A DNA stretch of 64,000 nucleotides from Escherichia phage VEc33, in the sequence record NC_048818.1. One strand, written 5' to 3'. The position numbers and the translations under genes are program-made. The notes beneath the pieces are model-generated. The model was not told where the DNA came from. It made no database searches and saw only the letters and a program-made list of their open reading frames with translations. Numbering within the stretch: position 1 is the stretch's first letter; every line of letters begins with the position of its first letter. Shown one piece after another: positions 37,945 through 47,581 of the stretch.

Positions 37945-38006
37945 ATATGTTATGGATGAGTGATCAAAGAGACACACATTTTCTATATACTAGGAGGTGT
38001 CAAAAA

Positions 38007-38978
38007 ATGACAGAAGAAGTAGCTAAGAGTCCTGAAACCGTCGCTAGCGTAGCAGCAGAACTGCATCGTCACGAGGAATCAGATAAGAAAAAGTGGGAGA
38101 AGGTCAGAGCCTACGAAGAAAAACATCGTGTTCACGATGAAGAAGATGATGATGAACATTGTCATAAATATGGAAAACATAAAATGCAAGAACCAGTAAA
38201 CGTATTCACTAGTGGCTTCCCTGGCCTACTGGGTGGTTACCCAGCAAACGCAAGTGCTTTCGGTGGTGAAGGTATGGGACTATTCGGAGCTATCCTAATC
38301 GGTGCTCTATTAACAGGCGGATTTGGTGGTTTTGGTGGTTTTGGCCGTGGTGCTGGCGTTGCCGCTGAAGGGACTGCTGTGGACGCGATCCTTTCTAACC
38401 AAGATACTGCAAGTATTCTAGCTGCAATCAATACTACTCGTACAGAAGCTAACCAGGGCACTGGGGCTGTTCTAAGCGCAGTAAACGGTGTGGGAGCTGC
38501 TCAAGCTGCTAGCACTCAGCAAGTTCTGACTACTATCTACGGTACAGGTGCTAATCTGTCAAACCAGATCTGTGCTGAAACTCGTAACGTTATTCAGGGT
38601 CAGTTCGATCTTTCTCGTCAGATGGATCAATCTTTCGCTGCTAACCAGATCGCACGTGCTCAAGATAAATTTGACTCTGCTCAGATTGCTTTCCAGCAGT
38701 CTATTCAGACCAATAACCAGTTTGCCGCTGTTCAGGCTCAGATGTGTGCTAACCAGAATGCTATCGAACGTCAGCTTGCCGAATGTTGCTGTGAGCTTCA
38801 GACTGCAATCGCTGGTGTAACTACTGCACGTATCCAGGACGAACTGAATGAATGCCGTCTGCGTGAAGCAATCGCTGCAGGTAGCGGTGCTAACGGTCAG
38901 GTAATTAATCAAATCGCTGTAAGTCTTGGTGCTATCACTCAGACTCTGGCTGGTCTGCAGGCTAAACTGCCGGCTTAA
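38007..38978 (+). CDS. Gly-zipper membrane protein with acidic His-rich N-terminus and Ala/Gln-rich C-terminal domain (about 323 aa from the RBS-supported ATG)
   Basis: AGGAGG RBS before ATG 38007; hydrophobic GLFGAILIGALLTGGFGGFGGFG segment; CCCE and other Cys near the C-terminus; no recognisable enzymatic motif. Confidence 0.55.
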   Translation: MTEEVAKSPETVASVAAELHRHEESDKKKWEKVRAYEEKHRVHDEEDDDEHCHKYGKHKMQEPVNVFTSGFPGLLGGYPANASAFGGEGMGLFGAILIGALLTGGFGGFGGFGRGAGVAAEGTAVDAILSNQDTASILAAINTTRTEANQGTGAVLSAVNGVGAAQAASTQQVLTTIYGTGANLSNQICAETRNVIQGQFDLSRQMDQSFAANQIARAQDKFDSAQIAFQQSIQTNNQFAAVQAQMCANQNAIERQLAECCCELQTAIAGVTTARIQDELNECRLREAIAAGSGANGQVINQIAVSLGAITQTLAGLQAKLPA

Positions 38979-38999
38979 TATTAAGGGGAGGAGCCCATT

Positions 39000-39416
39000 A
39001 TGAGTAAATATGGTTTTGTAAATAACGGACTTAATCAAAGTATGGGCTCCCAGCAGCCCGTTCCGGGACTGGATAACCCTTACCTACAACAGTTGCAACA
39101 GCGTTTAGCAGAAGCGCAACAGATGCAGCAACAACTCCAGCAAAACCCTGGAAGTGTGAGTCCTATGCAAATGATGCAGCAAATGAGCGGGCAGTCGCAA
39201 ATGCCTCAACAAATGCAGCAACAGGTGCCTCAGCAGCAAGTTCAGCAGCAAACCCAACAACCGCAGGTTTCTGCGGAAGGACAGGCAGTACTAGCCCTTT
39301 TCGAAGACTTCGCAAAGACAGAGGATGGGAAGCAGCTTGTATCACTTATGGGTAAGTTTAATAGCTTCTGCCAAAGCCAAGTTGCAAAAGCTCAAAATGG
39401 TGGTAATAACTCCTAA
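39000..39416 (+). CDS. Gln-rich low-complexity protein (138 aa)
   Basis: GGAGGAG RBS; poly-Q/M stretches. Confidence 0.5.
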   Translation: MSKYGFVNNGLNQSMGSQQPVPGLDNPYLQQLQQRLAEAQQMQQQLQQNPGSVSPMQMMQQMSGQSQMPQQMQQQVPQQQVQQQTQQPQVSAEGQAVLALFEDFAKTEDGKQLVSLMGKFNSFCQSQVAKAQNGGNNS

Positions 39417-39425
39417 GGAGGAATT

Positions 39426-39620
39426 ATGTGTTGCAGAAAATCTGTTTCGTGCTGCCCAATGCCTGTAGCACGTTGTTGCTCTCCAGCAATGTTTACGCAA
39501 ATACCGGCGTTCAATCCGTTTGCCTTTAAGCCTACTCTTATCCTGCCCCCTAGAGTAGATTTTCAGTCAAGATTGGCCTCCCGTATGGGTGGTTGCTGTA
39601 ACAAGAGTATATGGTTCTAA
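39426..39620 (+). CDS. Cys-rich small protein with four CC doublets (64 aa)
   Basis: AGGAGG RBS; MCC..SCC..RCC..GCC pattern. Confidence 0.45.
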   Translation: MCCRKSVSCCPMPVARCCSPAMFTQIPAFNPFAFKPTLILPPRVDFQSRLASRMGGCCNKSIWF

Positions 39621-39633
39621 AGAACCAAACAAT

Positions 39634-39668
39634 AAAGCCCCTAGTCGAAAGACTTAGGGGCTTTTTCT
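39634..39668 (+). terminator. Rho-independent terminator, one of two back-to-back hairpins
   Basis: AAAGCCCCTAGTCGAAAGACTTAGGGGCTTTTTC. Confidence 0.6.
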
Positions 39669-39684
39669 TTTGCCTTAAATACAG

Positions 39685-39721
39685 AAAAGCCCGCGCTCTC
39701 GGAGGAAACGCGGGCTTGGTT
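39685..39721 (-). terminator. Rho-independent terminator for the convergent leftward gene
   Basis: AAAAGCCCGCGCTCTCGGAGGAAACGCGGGCTTGGTT hairpin. Confidence 0.5.
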
Positions 39722-39740
39722 CGAAGATTACGTGTAACTA

Positions 39741-40688
39741 TTACTTGTTACGCATATCCATGATCATTTGACCATCGTAACCAGTACCTACTACAGTCTG
39801 AGGCACACCACCTTGATATTTCTGAGCACGAATCATATCAACTTCCAGTTGTTTCCAACGAATCATCTCAGGAGTAATGGTACGTTGCAGTGCGGCGTTA
39901 GCTTCAGCTTCTTTCTTAGCTGCGTACAGTTTAGCATCTGCGTCACGTTCATTAGCGATAGCTTGGTTGTTGCGAGCTTCACGATCTGCTTCTGCTTGTT
40001 TAACTTTTTGCTGTGCTTCCTGTTCAACACGAGCTAATTCAGCTTTAGCAGCATTAGCCTGTTCTTCACGAACTTTGGTATTCTGTACCTGTTCCATGAT
40101 TACCGGTGGCAAAGTAATATCCTGAAGGAATACCTGCTTAACTGTGTAACCATATGGGCGTGCGTACTCTTCAACTTCCTGTTGAATTGCAGTTTGCAAT
40201 TGAGCCTGAATTTTAGCATCAAACAAATCTTGTGCTTTAGGTACAGACTTACCAAACTCACGAATAGTAGACAGTAATTTTTCAGTTACATATTTGTCTA
40301 ACGCTTGATCCTGAGTACCTGCATTAATACGGTTAATCGGTGCCTTAGAACCATCAAACTGCAACATAACAGTCAGATCAACAGTGGATTTAAACTTATC
40401 CTGACTAGGAACCTGAAGTTTATCTAATTTTACAGCAATATCTTTAGTACTAAAAGTATCGAAAGAAGCAAAAGGATTTACAATATGAAAGCCGGGTAAT
40501 ACTGGATTAGGGTCTACTTTACCCAGGAATGTTTGAGTTTTAACCGTACCATCAGAAACAATAGTATATGAATTAAAAGCTAGAATTAAACCTGCTAAAC
40601 CAACTACAGCACCAATCCCCCAACGTTTAATAGTACGAATTACTTTCTGCTCAGAAGTTAGTTCTTTCATATTTTTAGTATTAAACAT
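39741..40688 (-). CDS. SPFH/band-7 (prohibitin/HflC-like) membrane protein (315 aa)
   Basis: N-terminal TM helix, SPFH-like core, Ala/Glu/Gln-rich coiled coil. Confidence 0.6.
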   Translation of the reverse strand: MFNTKNMKELTSEQKVIRTIKRWGIGAVVGLAGLILAFNSYTIVSDGTVKTQTFLGKVDPNPVLPGFHIVNPFASFDTFSTKDIAVKLDKLQVPSQDKFKSTVDLTVMLQFDGSKAPINRINAGTQDQALDKYVTEKLLSTIREFGKSVPKAQDLFDAKIQAQLQTAIQQEVEEYARPYGYTVKQVFLQDITLPPVIMEQVQNTKVREEQANAAKAELARVEQEAQQKVKQAEADREARNNQAIANERDADAKLYAAKKEAEANAALQRTITPEMIRWKQLEVDMIRAQKYQGGVPQTVVGTGYDGQMIMDMRNK

Positions 40689-40722
40689 ATATTTCCTTTG
40701 TTTTAGTTACAGTTAATAAAAT

Positions 40723-40797
40723 TGGCCGAGGTGACAGGATTCGAACCTGCATAAAGGAATTTAGAAGACTCCTGCCTATCCCTTAGACTACACCCCG
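40723..40797 (-). tRNA. tRNA-Arg (anticodon TCT)
   Basis: T-arm GCAGG-TTCGAAT-CCTGT; anticodon stem GGAGT/ATTCC, loop CTTCTAA. Confidence 0.55.
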
Positions 40798-41299
40798 TTT
40801 AAGTATTTTTAAGAACTCTCGTAAAAACTCTTAAAAATACAGACGATACCGGGAGAGTCATAAGTCTCACTCATTAAGTATTTCAAGACAAAATACGGTA
40901 ACGTCTATTATTTTCCAGTTTAAGTCAGGGTGACTTAGTGGTTATGTCCTGCGGTATATTGAGGACTCGGTTAGGCTTGGGGTCATGACTTCCCGCCTTT
41001 TGCTGCTACTCAACAGGAGTTATCGCGAATTACCTGTGCTATTGTGCACCATTAGTGACATCTCTCATGTCAGCATTTCCCACTTTGTGGATAGCTTGAA
41101 AAACTACTCCGATATGGAGAAAGAACTTCACTACCCTAGAATACCTTCTAAAGTTCTTCTTTAGCCTGGACATAGTTAAATCGTAATAAAACTATTCAGC
41201 AGACTGGTTGGTTAGTCTGGAACCAACTACCGCGTGGTTTAGGCAGTGCGCAACTAACCTCGGAAGCTTTTACGTTAAAAGCATCAGTTATCCAGTTCT

Positions 41300-41371
41300 T
41301 ACCGACCGTAGGATTCGAACCTACATCTTCCACCAGTTACGGCTTGATAATACCAATTATACTAGGACGGC
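41300..41371 (-). ncRNA. tRNA-like element (acceptor and T-arm present, anticodon arm not foldable)
   Basis: Perfect T-arm GTAGG-TTCGAAT-CCTAC and acceptor-like GCCGTCC/GGTCGGT; no CCA; sits in an 840-bp ORF-free region. Confidence 0.25.
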
Positions 41372-41647
41372 AGTGTTACTACATAAGTGATTTCCACACC
41401 CCACTATTTATAAATTAGAGAAGAGTTTAGGGGAGAGGTTTCAGACGCCTCATTTTACACGTTCTAGCCACTAACCGGGATTGCCGCCCCCCTGTGTACT
41501 AGTTTTACAACTAACCCACCGACTCTATTCAACGAATCTTAGTGCTCGACGCATCTTACATTAAGACAAGTTCAGCGTAATCGGCTCGCTGTTCCCTAAT
41601 TTATGAATATATTATACAGAATTTAAAGGCATTTAGCAAATAAATTT

Positions 41648-42091
41648 TTAATTAAATTCGCCAGCAATCTGAGCAGCAGTACCACCATCATAACGCCCAG
41701 AAAATTCTTCCTTAATCGCTTTCATCAGCATACCTTTTGTAATTCCAGGGTTTAGCTTAACTAATTCTGCAAAGTATTTACGAATCTCAGTATCAGATAA
41801 CTGAGGAGGCAGATACTCCTGCAACCACTTAGTTAGAATGTATTCATACTGAGCGGACTGCAAGCTATAACTATCAAGATCTTGACCATGAAGTTTAGCT
41901 TTCATCTGGTTAATGCTTTTTAGTTGAGCTTTGAGATAAGACACAAATTGTTCAGAAGTGATGAAATCTTTATCAATACGCTGAAGATCCCCGATTATGG
42001 TCTGATAGCTTTTAGCGACTTCTTTATCAGAACCATTAAACTTAGAATCCTGCAAAGCTCTACGCAAAACATCTAAAATATTCTCTTCCAT
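41648..42091 (-). CDS. GatB/YqeY-domain-like protein (147 aa)
   Basis: Overall similarity to YqeY-family helical proteins (recognised by eye). Confidence 0.45.
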   Translation of the reverse strand: MEENILDVLRRALQDSKFNGSDKEVAKSYQTIIGDLQRIDKDFITSEQFVSYLKAQLKSINQMKAKLHGQDLDSYSLQSAQYEYILTKWLQEYLPPQLSDTEIRKYFAELVKLNPGITKGMLMKAIKEEFSGRYDGGTAAQIAGEFN

Positions 42092-42329
42092 TATTTCATT
42101 CCTAACGCTTGGTTAAAAGATTGTTCTGTCATAACTGCTGAGACTTTGGCGAAATCAAACTTTTTAGGGTTCGTAGTGATCTCAGCAACGTTAGAAGTTT
42201 TAACAGTTTTCGTAGTACGAATACCGCGAGTGTTAACGCCAATAATTACAACTGATTTCATATTTCGCTTCCTCTCATTAATTTATGAAAGTATTATACA
42301 GAAATTTAAGTACTTAAGCAAGTAAATTT

Positions 42330-42797
42330 TTAAGTTTTAGTGACAACAGGTTTATAAAACGTATGTCCCTTAATCTTAGTTGTTTTCTTAAACTTCTTTG
42401 TCCAGTAAGGTTTATCTTTACCACTATGGAAGTACAATGCTCCATGCGTAGGATCTTGTGGTAAATCAACGTAGTATATCACTCTAGCTAAATTCTTAGC
42501 GGTTTGCCAAGCCTCATCAGTTTTATCAACTTTTGGTCTCTTAGACACCCAAGAGAACTGGTTAGACTGATATACTACTTTACAGTAGGAATCTGGGAAT
42601 TTACCAGAGTTTACACGGTTTTTAGTAACGTGTGCAATCGCCGTCATTCCCTTTATGCCCTCACCACGACTTTCGAAATAGATATTTTTAGCAATGCAAT
42701 CTATTTCTTTTGCATCGTGCGATGCCTGACTACTAAAGCTGAAGGTAAGGGCAGCTACTAAAAGCAAAGCTGCCTTCATTCTTTTTACTCCTGCCAA
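42330..42797 (-). CDS. secreted cell-wall hydrolase (SleB/CwlJ-like) (155 aa)
   Basis: Signal peptide then CIAKNIYFESRGEG...AIAHVTKNR...QFSW hydrolase-2 motifs. Confidence 0.6.
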   Translation of the reverse strand: MAGVKRMKAALLLVAALTFSFSSQASHDAKEIDCIAKNIYFESRGEGIKGMTAIAHVTKNRVNSGKFPDSYCKVVYQSNQFSWVSKRPKVDKTDEAWQTAKNLARVIYYVDLPQDPTHGALYFHSGKDKPYWTKKFKKTTKIKGHTFYKPVVTKT

Positions 42798-43102
42798 TCA
42801 TATTCAACACGATTGGGGTTTTCTTTGTACCCTAAGTCAAGCAAATCATTACGCATATGTTGCTTAGCTACTGGGTTCGAGGTTACTAGTACCACTTTCT
42901 TTGGTCTCTGCCCAAATTCTAAGAGTAAACGAAGAATTTGATAACCTTCCATACCATCTACAGCCAAGTCATTATCCATATAAACGAAGTGGCCTGTGGT
43001 ATCAGTTTTATTCAGAAACTCTACAGCGGCTTCTGGGGTTCGAATGATAATGTCCATTCCGTGAAGATTACGCACATCATCAATCAAAATATGAAAAGTC
43101 AT
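42785..43102 (-). CDS. CheY-like receiver-domain protein (105 aa)
   Basis: ILIDD acidic pair, YMDNDL..DGMEG phospho-acceptor-like Asp region, VVLVTSN and downstream Lys, in receiver-domain order. Confidence 0.45.
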   Translation of the reverse strand: MTFHILIDDVRNLHGMDIIIRTPEAAVEFLNKTDTTGHFVYMDNDLAVDGMEGYQILRLLLEFGQRPKKVVLVTSNPVAKQHMRNDLLDLGYKENPNRVEYDWQE

Positions 43103-43544
43103 AATAGCCTCGTTTCATCAATTTAAAAATATATTATACAGATAACTTAATAAATTAGCAAATACATTTTTAAATTGTGAAACTAGTAAACCGATAAACA
43201 GCCTAGAGGCGCCACAGGCCATATCTTATGAGCCATGTACCTTTGATCTAGGGTTTGAATCATCAACGAATACTTTGCATCTTTTAGCTTTAGAAGTTTA
43301 GAAGTTTGAGTTCTTTAAACTTTTCAGCTTTCATACTTAAATGTTGATCTTTGAAGTTGTGTCGGTAATATCAACGACGCTTTGTTTTTACGTGTCAGAT
43401 TAAGTGTCTGATGTAATAAACATAATCTCCAATAGATTATACTTTATAGTATGGTCAGCGGTCTTATTTAACCTCGTATTTCAACCGCTGCTGCGAGGTA
43501 AGATGCTTGGGCTTTCGTCTACCGATTTACTAGCTTTTAAATTA

Positions 43545-44183
43545 TTACTCTACTTCAATGAAGGTAGAGGCGTTAGACTCGGACAGAACAAAGTCAACAT
43601 TTGTTGCAAAGTCCTGATATTCCTCGTCATGCTGCTTAATCAGCTTCTCCAGTTCCAGCGGATCAATCAAGAATGGAGTATTCTTGAGTTCCAGCAGGTT
43701 GAGCTGCATTTTAACTTCATCTTCGGAAGTTTTCTTATCGCGGGTAGCCATGCTATCCTGCAAACGCTCATATTTAGCATCAAACTGTGCTTTCTGCGTA
43801 TTAAACTTAACCGTAGCGGCATGGAACTGCTTACGCATGTTAGCCAGTAGCTGAGCTTTAAGCTCCATAGAACGCTTAGCTTCAATTGCTTCCGCAACAG
43901 TCATCTTACGAGAGCCAATCTCAACGATTGTTTCCGCATTGCTCTTAATCAGAGCAGCTTTGATACAATCACGCTGGGACATCATATCTAGGAGAGATTG
44001 GAAATCTGCCTTAATACGAGCAGATAGATCGTCTACTTCGATTGCAGCGCCAACTACAACCTTATTTTTATCCTTACCTTCACCAACAGCGATCAGAAGC
44101 TGTTGTTCAGTAGCTTTACGGATTTTAGCTTCCAGAGATTTGATAGTTGCCAGAGCGCGAGTTTTAGAAATACGAGTAGTCAT
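43545..44183 (-). CDS. coiled-coil protein (212 aa)
   Basis: Long ORF; heptad-like Ala/Lys/Glu pattern. Confidence 0.5.
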   Translation of the reverse strand: MTTRISKTRALATIKSLEAKIRKATEQQLLIAVGEGKDKNKVVVGAAIEVDDLSARIKADFQSLLDMMSQRDCIKAALIKSNAETIVEIGSRKMTVAEAIEAKRSMELKAQLLANMRKQFHAATVKFNTQKAQFDAKYERLQDSMATRDKKTSEDEVKMQLNLLELKNTPFLIDPLELEKLIKQHDEEYQDFATNVDFVLSESNASTFIEVE

Positions 44184-44236
44184 TATTTGCTTCCTTATAT
44201 GAAGTTTGAGATTTGAATTTGTTTAAATTTGATCTA

Positions 44237-44419
44237 TTACAGACCAATTGCCAGCAGAGTGCGCAGAACAGTATCATTACTGTTATCAATTTTAGGATTA
44301 GCACGATTTAACAGATCAAAGATTTTCTGGATACCTGATTGACGTTCAGCCATACGACGGATACCAAGATTACGAGTAGCTTTCTTACCATTTTTACGAA
44401 CATTTTTAGATACTGGCAT
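44237..44419 (-). CDS. small basic protein (60 aa)
   Basis: ORF; Lys/Arg-rich N-terminus. Confidence 0.35.
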   Translation of the reverse strand: MPVSKNVRKNGKKATRNLGIRRMAERQSGIQKIFDLLNRANPKIDNSNDTVLRTLLAIGL

Positions 44420-44489
44420 ATTTGTTTTCCTTTTATTGTTTTATCAAATTTATGAATATATTATACAGAATTTTGGGGACGGAAGCAAA

Positions 44490-45191
44490 TCAAATTTTCA
44501 TTTTTTCGATCATAGCTGCAACACAATAGCTTTCAACTAAGGCATCAAATGCAGGATCATGCTTAACCGGATAGATCCCATAACGAATAGTGTCCATCTT
44601 CTCCATTTTAGCTATTGCCCAGCTAATACCTTCGGTCTCTAGAGCCTTATAACTGTATCCAGCTTGCATCCAGAGATTACGAAGAGATCGAACATTACCC
44701 AAATTCCAGAATTTCCACGGAACTACCTCTTCATTGGTTCCAGCATGGAACGTGTTTGCAGAGTAGATAGTCATATCAAACTCTGGGCCATTGCCATAAT
44801 ACAAAGCATTTTCGCCTAGAGCCAACTCCATAATATTTTGAGCCATAGAGAAGGCAGCATAGTTTGAGCCTAATTTATTAGTGCAATGATGTTTACCATT
44901 TTGGAAGGCAATCAGTTTTGGATTACGTTCCTTCATAGCTTCCATAATGTGGATAGCAGACGGGCTATTTTTAGCTTGATCCATCCAGAATGCTAGAGTA
45001 GATGCTGTAACTTTGGCACCAGAATTAAGCTGATCCTGCACATCCAAAGTAACAAATACTAGATCAGGGTCTTTATCAACCCCATGCATAGCCACAAAAG
45101 CGAAAGAAGGCATTACGATATGAGTAGTACCACAATCTCCTGGAGTTCCTAGAGATTCAATATCTAGCATACCAAATGGTTTTACTTTCAT
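44490..45191 (-). CDS. DEDDh-family 3'-5' exonuclease (233 aa)
   Basis: LDIESLG (Exo I) and HDPAFDA (Exo III) motifs. Confidence 0.6.
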   Translation of the reverse strand: MKVKPFGMLDIESLGTPGDCGTTHIVMPSFAFVAMHGVDKDPDLVFVTLDVQDQLNSGAKVTASTLAFWMDQAKNSPSAIHIMEAMKERNPKLIAFQNGKHHCTNKLGSNYAAFSMAQNIMELALGENALYYGNGPEFDMTIYSANTFHAGTNEEVVPWKFWNLGNVRSLRNLWMQAGYSYKALETEGISWAIAKMEKMDTIRYGIYPVKHDPAFDALVESYCVAAMIEKMKI

Positions 45192-45219
45192 AACTTATCC
45201 TTTATTGTGTAGAAAACTA

Positions 45220-45456
45220 TTAAAGAGCTGTCTCTTTAATAGACTCCCACTTCTTGGGGTCTTTAAAACCAGGAAGCATATCCTCACTGACATCCCAGTT
45301 CTCCTCCATAGAGAGGTCGGGCCATTCATTCCAGCTACCTTCCAGCTCTTCATAACAGGTATCCATTACCTCATGACTAGAAAGTCGTGTATAATCCCTA
45401 GCTGACTTATGGGTGCTAGCACGGTTAAAATCATTCTTTGCTACAAAATTACGCAT
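45220..45456 (-). CDS. hypothetical protein (78 aa)
   Basis: ORF. Confidence 0.4.
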   Translation of the reverse strand: MRNFVAKNDFNRASTHKSARDYTRLSSHEVMDTCYEELEGSWNEWPDLSMEENWDVSEDMLPGFKDPKKWESIKETAL

Positions 45457-45497
45457 AGTTTCTCCAAATAAGAGGGGCTTTCGCCCCCTGATTTAAA

Positions 45498-45713
45498 TCA
45501 CTTGCCCAGCAGTTTAAGGATATTTTCCATAATAGTTTGGGCAGATTTTTCACTCTTGTTGGTTTCAGCCAACTTTAAAGCGAGTTCTTCCTGCTGTTTC
45601 TGAATATCCGCAGCAATTTTTTGATCAGCCTCAATACGAGCTTGAAGCTCATCAGTGATAGTGGTAAAGGAAGCAACGATTTCAGTAACAGAACGTGGTT
45701 TCTTAGAGAACAT
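45498..45713 (-). CDS. hypothetical coiled-coil protein (71 aa)
   Basis: ORF flanked by hairpins. Confidence 0.4.
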   Translation of the reverse strand: MFSKKPRSVTEIVASFTTITDELQARIEADQKIAADIQKQQEELALKLAETNKSEKSAQTIMENILKLLGK

Positions 45714-45776
45714 AAAAATATCCTTGATTAGTTAGAGAATTAGTAGATTGTAGGGGCAGAAGCCCCTATTTATCTA

Positions 45777-46292
45777 TTACTTCGCTTTACGCTTGCGAGC
45801 TGGTTTAGCAGATTTACGAGCAGAATCACCAGTGAACTTAATGCCTACACCGTAACACAGAGCACGAACATTATCTTTACTATACTCTACGCCAAAGATA
45901 TTTGGCTTAACAGAACCAAACTGTCCACGAGTATCACGCAATACATCTGCTGTTGGTTTACGCTTCTGGTTAACTGCTTTCTCGTAATCTTTCATGGCCA
46001 TGCCATTACGAGGGAACAATTCTGCTCCAGCATTGAAACTCAGTACTACTGGAACAGATTTGTGACCGTAACCCTGTACATAGGTCACAAGGTGGGCTAC
46101 AGAACGAGTAGCGTTCTTAGCCTTCGGCTTTTGACGAATCGGAGCCGGATTATTTAGTGCTTGCGCAGCCTGAGTATCGGTAGGATGCTTACGCAGGTGG
46201 CGTTCCAGACGAGCTTTACGGTTAGCCTCAGTCTGAGGGAAAGTTTTAACTGTAGTAGCTGCTTGAGTTTTTGCGTTTTTCTGCTTAGCCAT
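45777..46292 (-). CDS. basic, likely nucleic-acid-binding protein (171 aa)
   Basis: Lys/Arg-rich termini. Confidence 0.5.
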   Translation of the reverse strand: MAKQKNAKTQAATTVKTFPQTEANRKARLERHLRKHPTDTQAAQALNNPAPIRQKPKAKNATRSVAHLVTYVQGYGHKSVPVVLSFNAGAELFPRNGMAMKDYEKAVNQKRKPTADVLRDTRGQFGSVKPNIFGVEYSKDNVRALCYGVGIKFTGDSARKSAKPARKRKAK

Positions 46293-46375
46293 TATTTGTT
46301 TTCCTTTTTGTTTATCAATTTATGAAGTATATTATACGGTAATTTGAAGCGTTTAGCAAATGAATTTTTTAAAAA

Positions 46376-46654
46376 TTATCTACCAACCATCTTGGCTTGT
46401 TCTGCATCGGAAACATATTGATACGCTCCTTTATTATACGCTGGAGCAGTACACATTTTCTTACGCTCAATCTCTTCTTGGGCTTTTCTTTCGCGTTCAG
46501 CTAATTCTTCATCCAGATAAACTAAACGTTGTTCTGGAGGAGGTGGAAGACGTGTTTCTGGCTCACCAATATTAGCCTTTCTTATTTGACGAGGTGATTG
46601 TGCACGTTTTCTCAACGGTTTAAATCCTAATGAATTTGAGTTATAAATTCGCAT
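46376..46654 (-). CDS. hypothetical protein (92 aa)
   Basis: ORF. Confidence 0.4.
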   Translation of the reverse strand: MRIYNSNSLGFKPLRKRAQSPRQIRKANIGEPETRLPPPPEQRLVYLDEELAERERKAQEEIERKKMCTAPAYNKGAYQYVSDAEQAKMVGR

Positions 46655-46730
46655 AAAGCCCTCCTCACTTTCAATACGAATATTATACTAAATTAGAGGG
46701 CTTTAAGCAAGAAGATTTTTAATTTATTTA

Positions 46731-47219
46731 TTACATCTCAGCCATTTCAGCTTCAGTAATAACTGTGTTACACAATGCATCTACAGCTTCATTACCACTA
46801 ATACCAGAATGTCCTTTAACCTTAATAAAGGTAGGATTAGTATTGTGAAAGTTGATATACTGCTGTGTTAATTTAAATGCTTCCTGCCAAAGTTCTAGAT
46901 TAAGAGGGACTTCACCATCTGCTTTCTTCCAGCCTTTCCTTTGCCAAGAAAACATCCAACTTTCCATACCATTTTTGCAATAAGCAGAGTCAGTATAGAT
47001 AGCAATTGGTCTATTATCTTTTTTAACAGACCAACGTAGGGCTTCTACGATAGCTGTGAGTTCCATCTCATTATTTGTAGTTTTAGGATTATAACCAGAT
47101 TTAGAACCTAAACGATCGTCGTTATCATCATAGACAATAAAACCCCAAGCACCTGGACCTGGATTAGACTTACAAGCACCATCTGTGTAAATGTGGAAAA
47201 CCGACATTATACCTCCCAA
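46731..47219 (-). CDS. rnhA: ribonuclease H (162 aa)
   Basis: IYTDGACKSNPGPGAWG ... TNNEMEL ... YTDS RNase H motifs. Confidence 0.7.
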   Translation of the reverse strand: MGGIMSVFHIYTDGACKSNPGPGAWGFIVYDDNDDRLGSKSGYNPKTTNNEMELTAIVEALRWSVKKDNRPIAIYTDSAYCKNGMESWMFSWQRKGWKKADGEVPLNLELWQEAFKLTQQYINFHNTNPTFIKVKGHSGISGNEAVDALCNTVITEAEMAEM

Positions 47220-47488
47220 CTAATTTTAAGACCCATGTCTACAAAGGTGGCTTCTCGGTAGTATTGTGAGAGATGATACCCCTTATCCGATAAGGTTTTT
47301 AGTACCGATTTAGCTGCTCCTGGCATTTCTCTAGGATTATATAGCCACCTAGCGTAAGGATTATCTCGAATAATTACTTCTGTATTTCCAGACTTAGCAG
47401 CTTCTACAATCTTTTCTTCTATAAACTTTAGAAATGCGGGTACTTCTGTTAATCCTGCAAGTTCTTGGGCTTCTTTGGCTGAAATCAT
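47207..47488 (-). CDS. hypothetical protein (93 aa)
   Basis: ORF, coupled. Confidence 0.4.
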   Translation of the reverse strand: MISAKEAQELAGLTEVPAFLKFIEEKIVEAAKSGNTEVIIRDNPYARWLYNPREMPGAAKSVLKTLSDKGYHLSQYYREATFVDMGLKISWEV

Positions 47489-47581
47489 TGTATACCTCCA
47501 ATTTATAAAATATATTATATTTAAATTTCACTAAATAAGCAAATGAAATTTAAATATAATAGCCCCGAAGGGCTATTTAAG

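Noticed and set aside
44237-44419. 60-aa basic ORF as a ribosomal protein S21-like gene
   Set aside because: Only a superficial resemblance (basic N-terminus starting MPV); no convincing similarity on inspection; listed as a hypothetical small basic protein.
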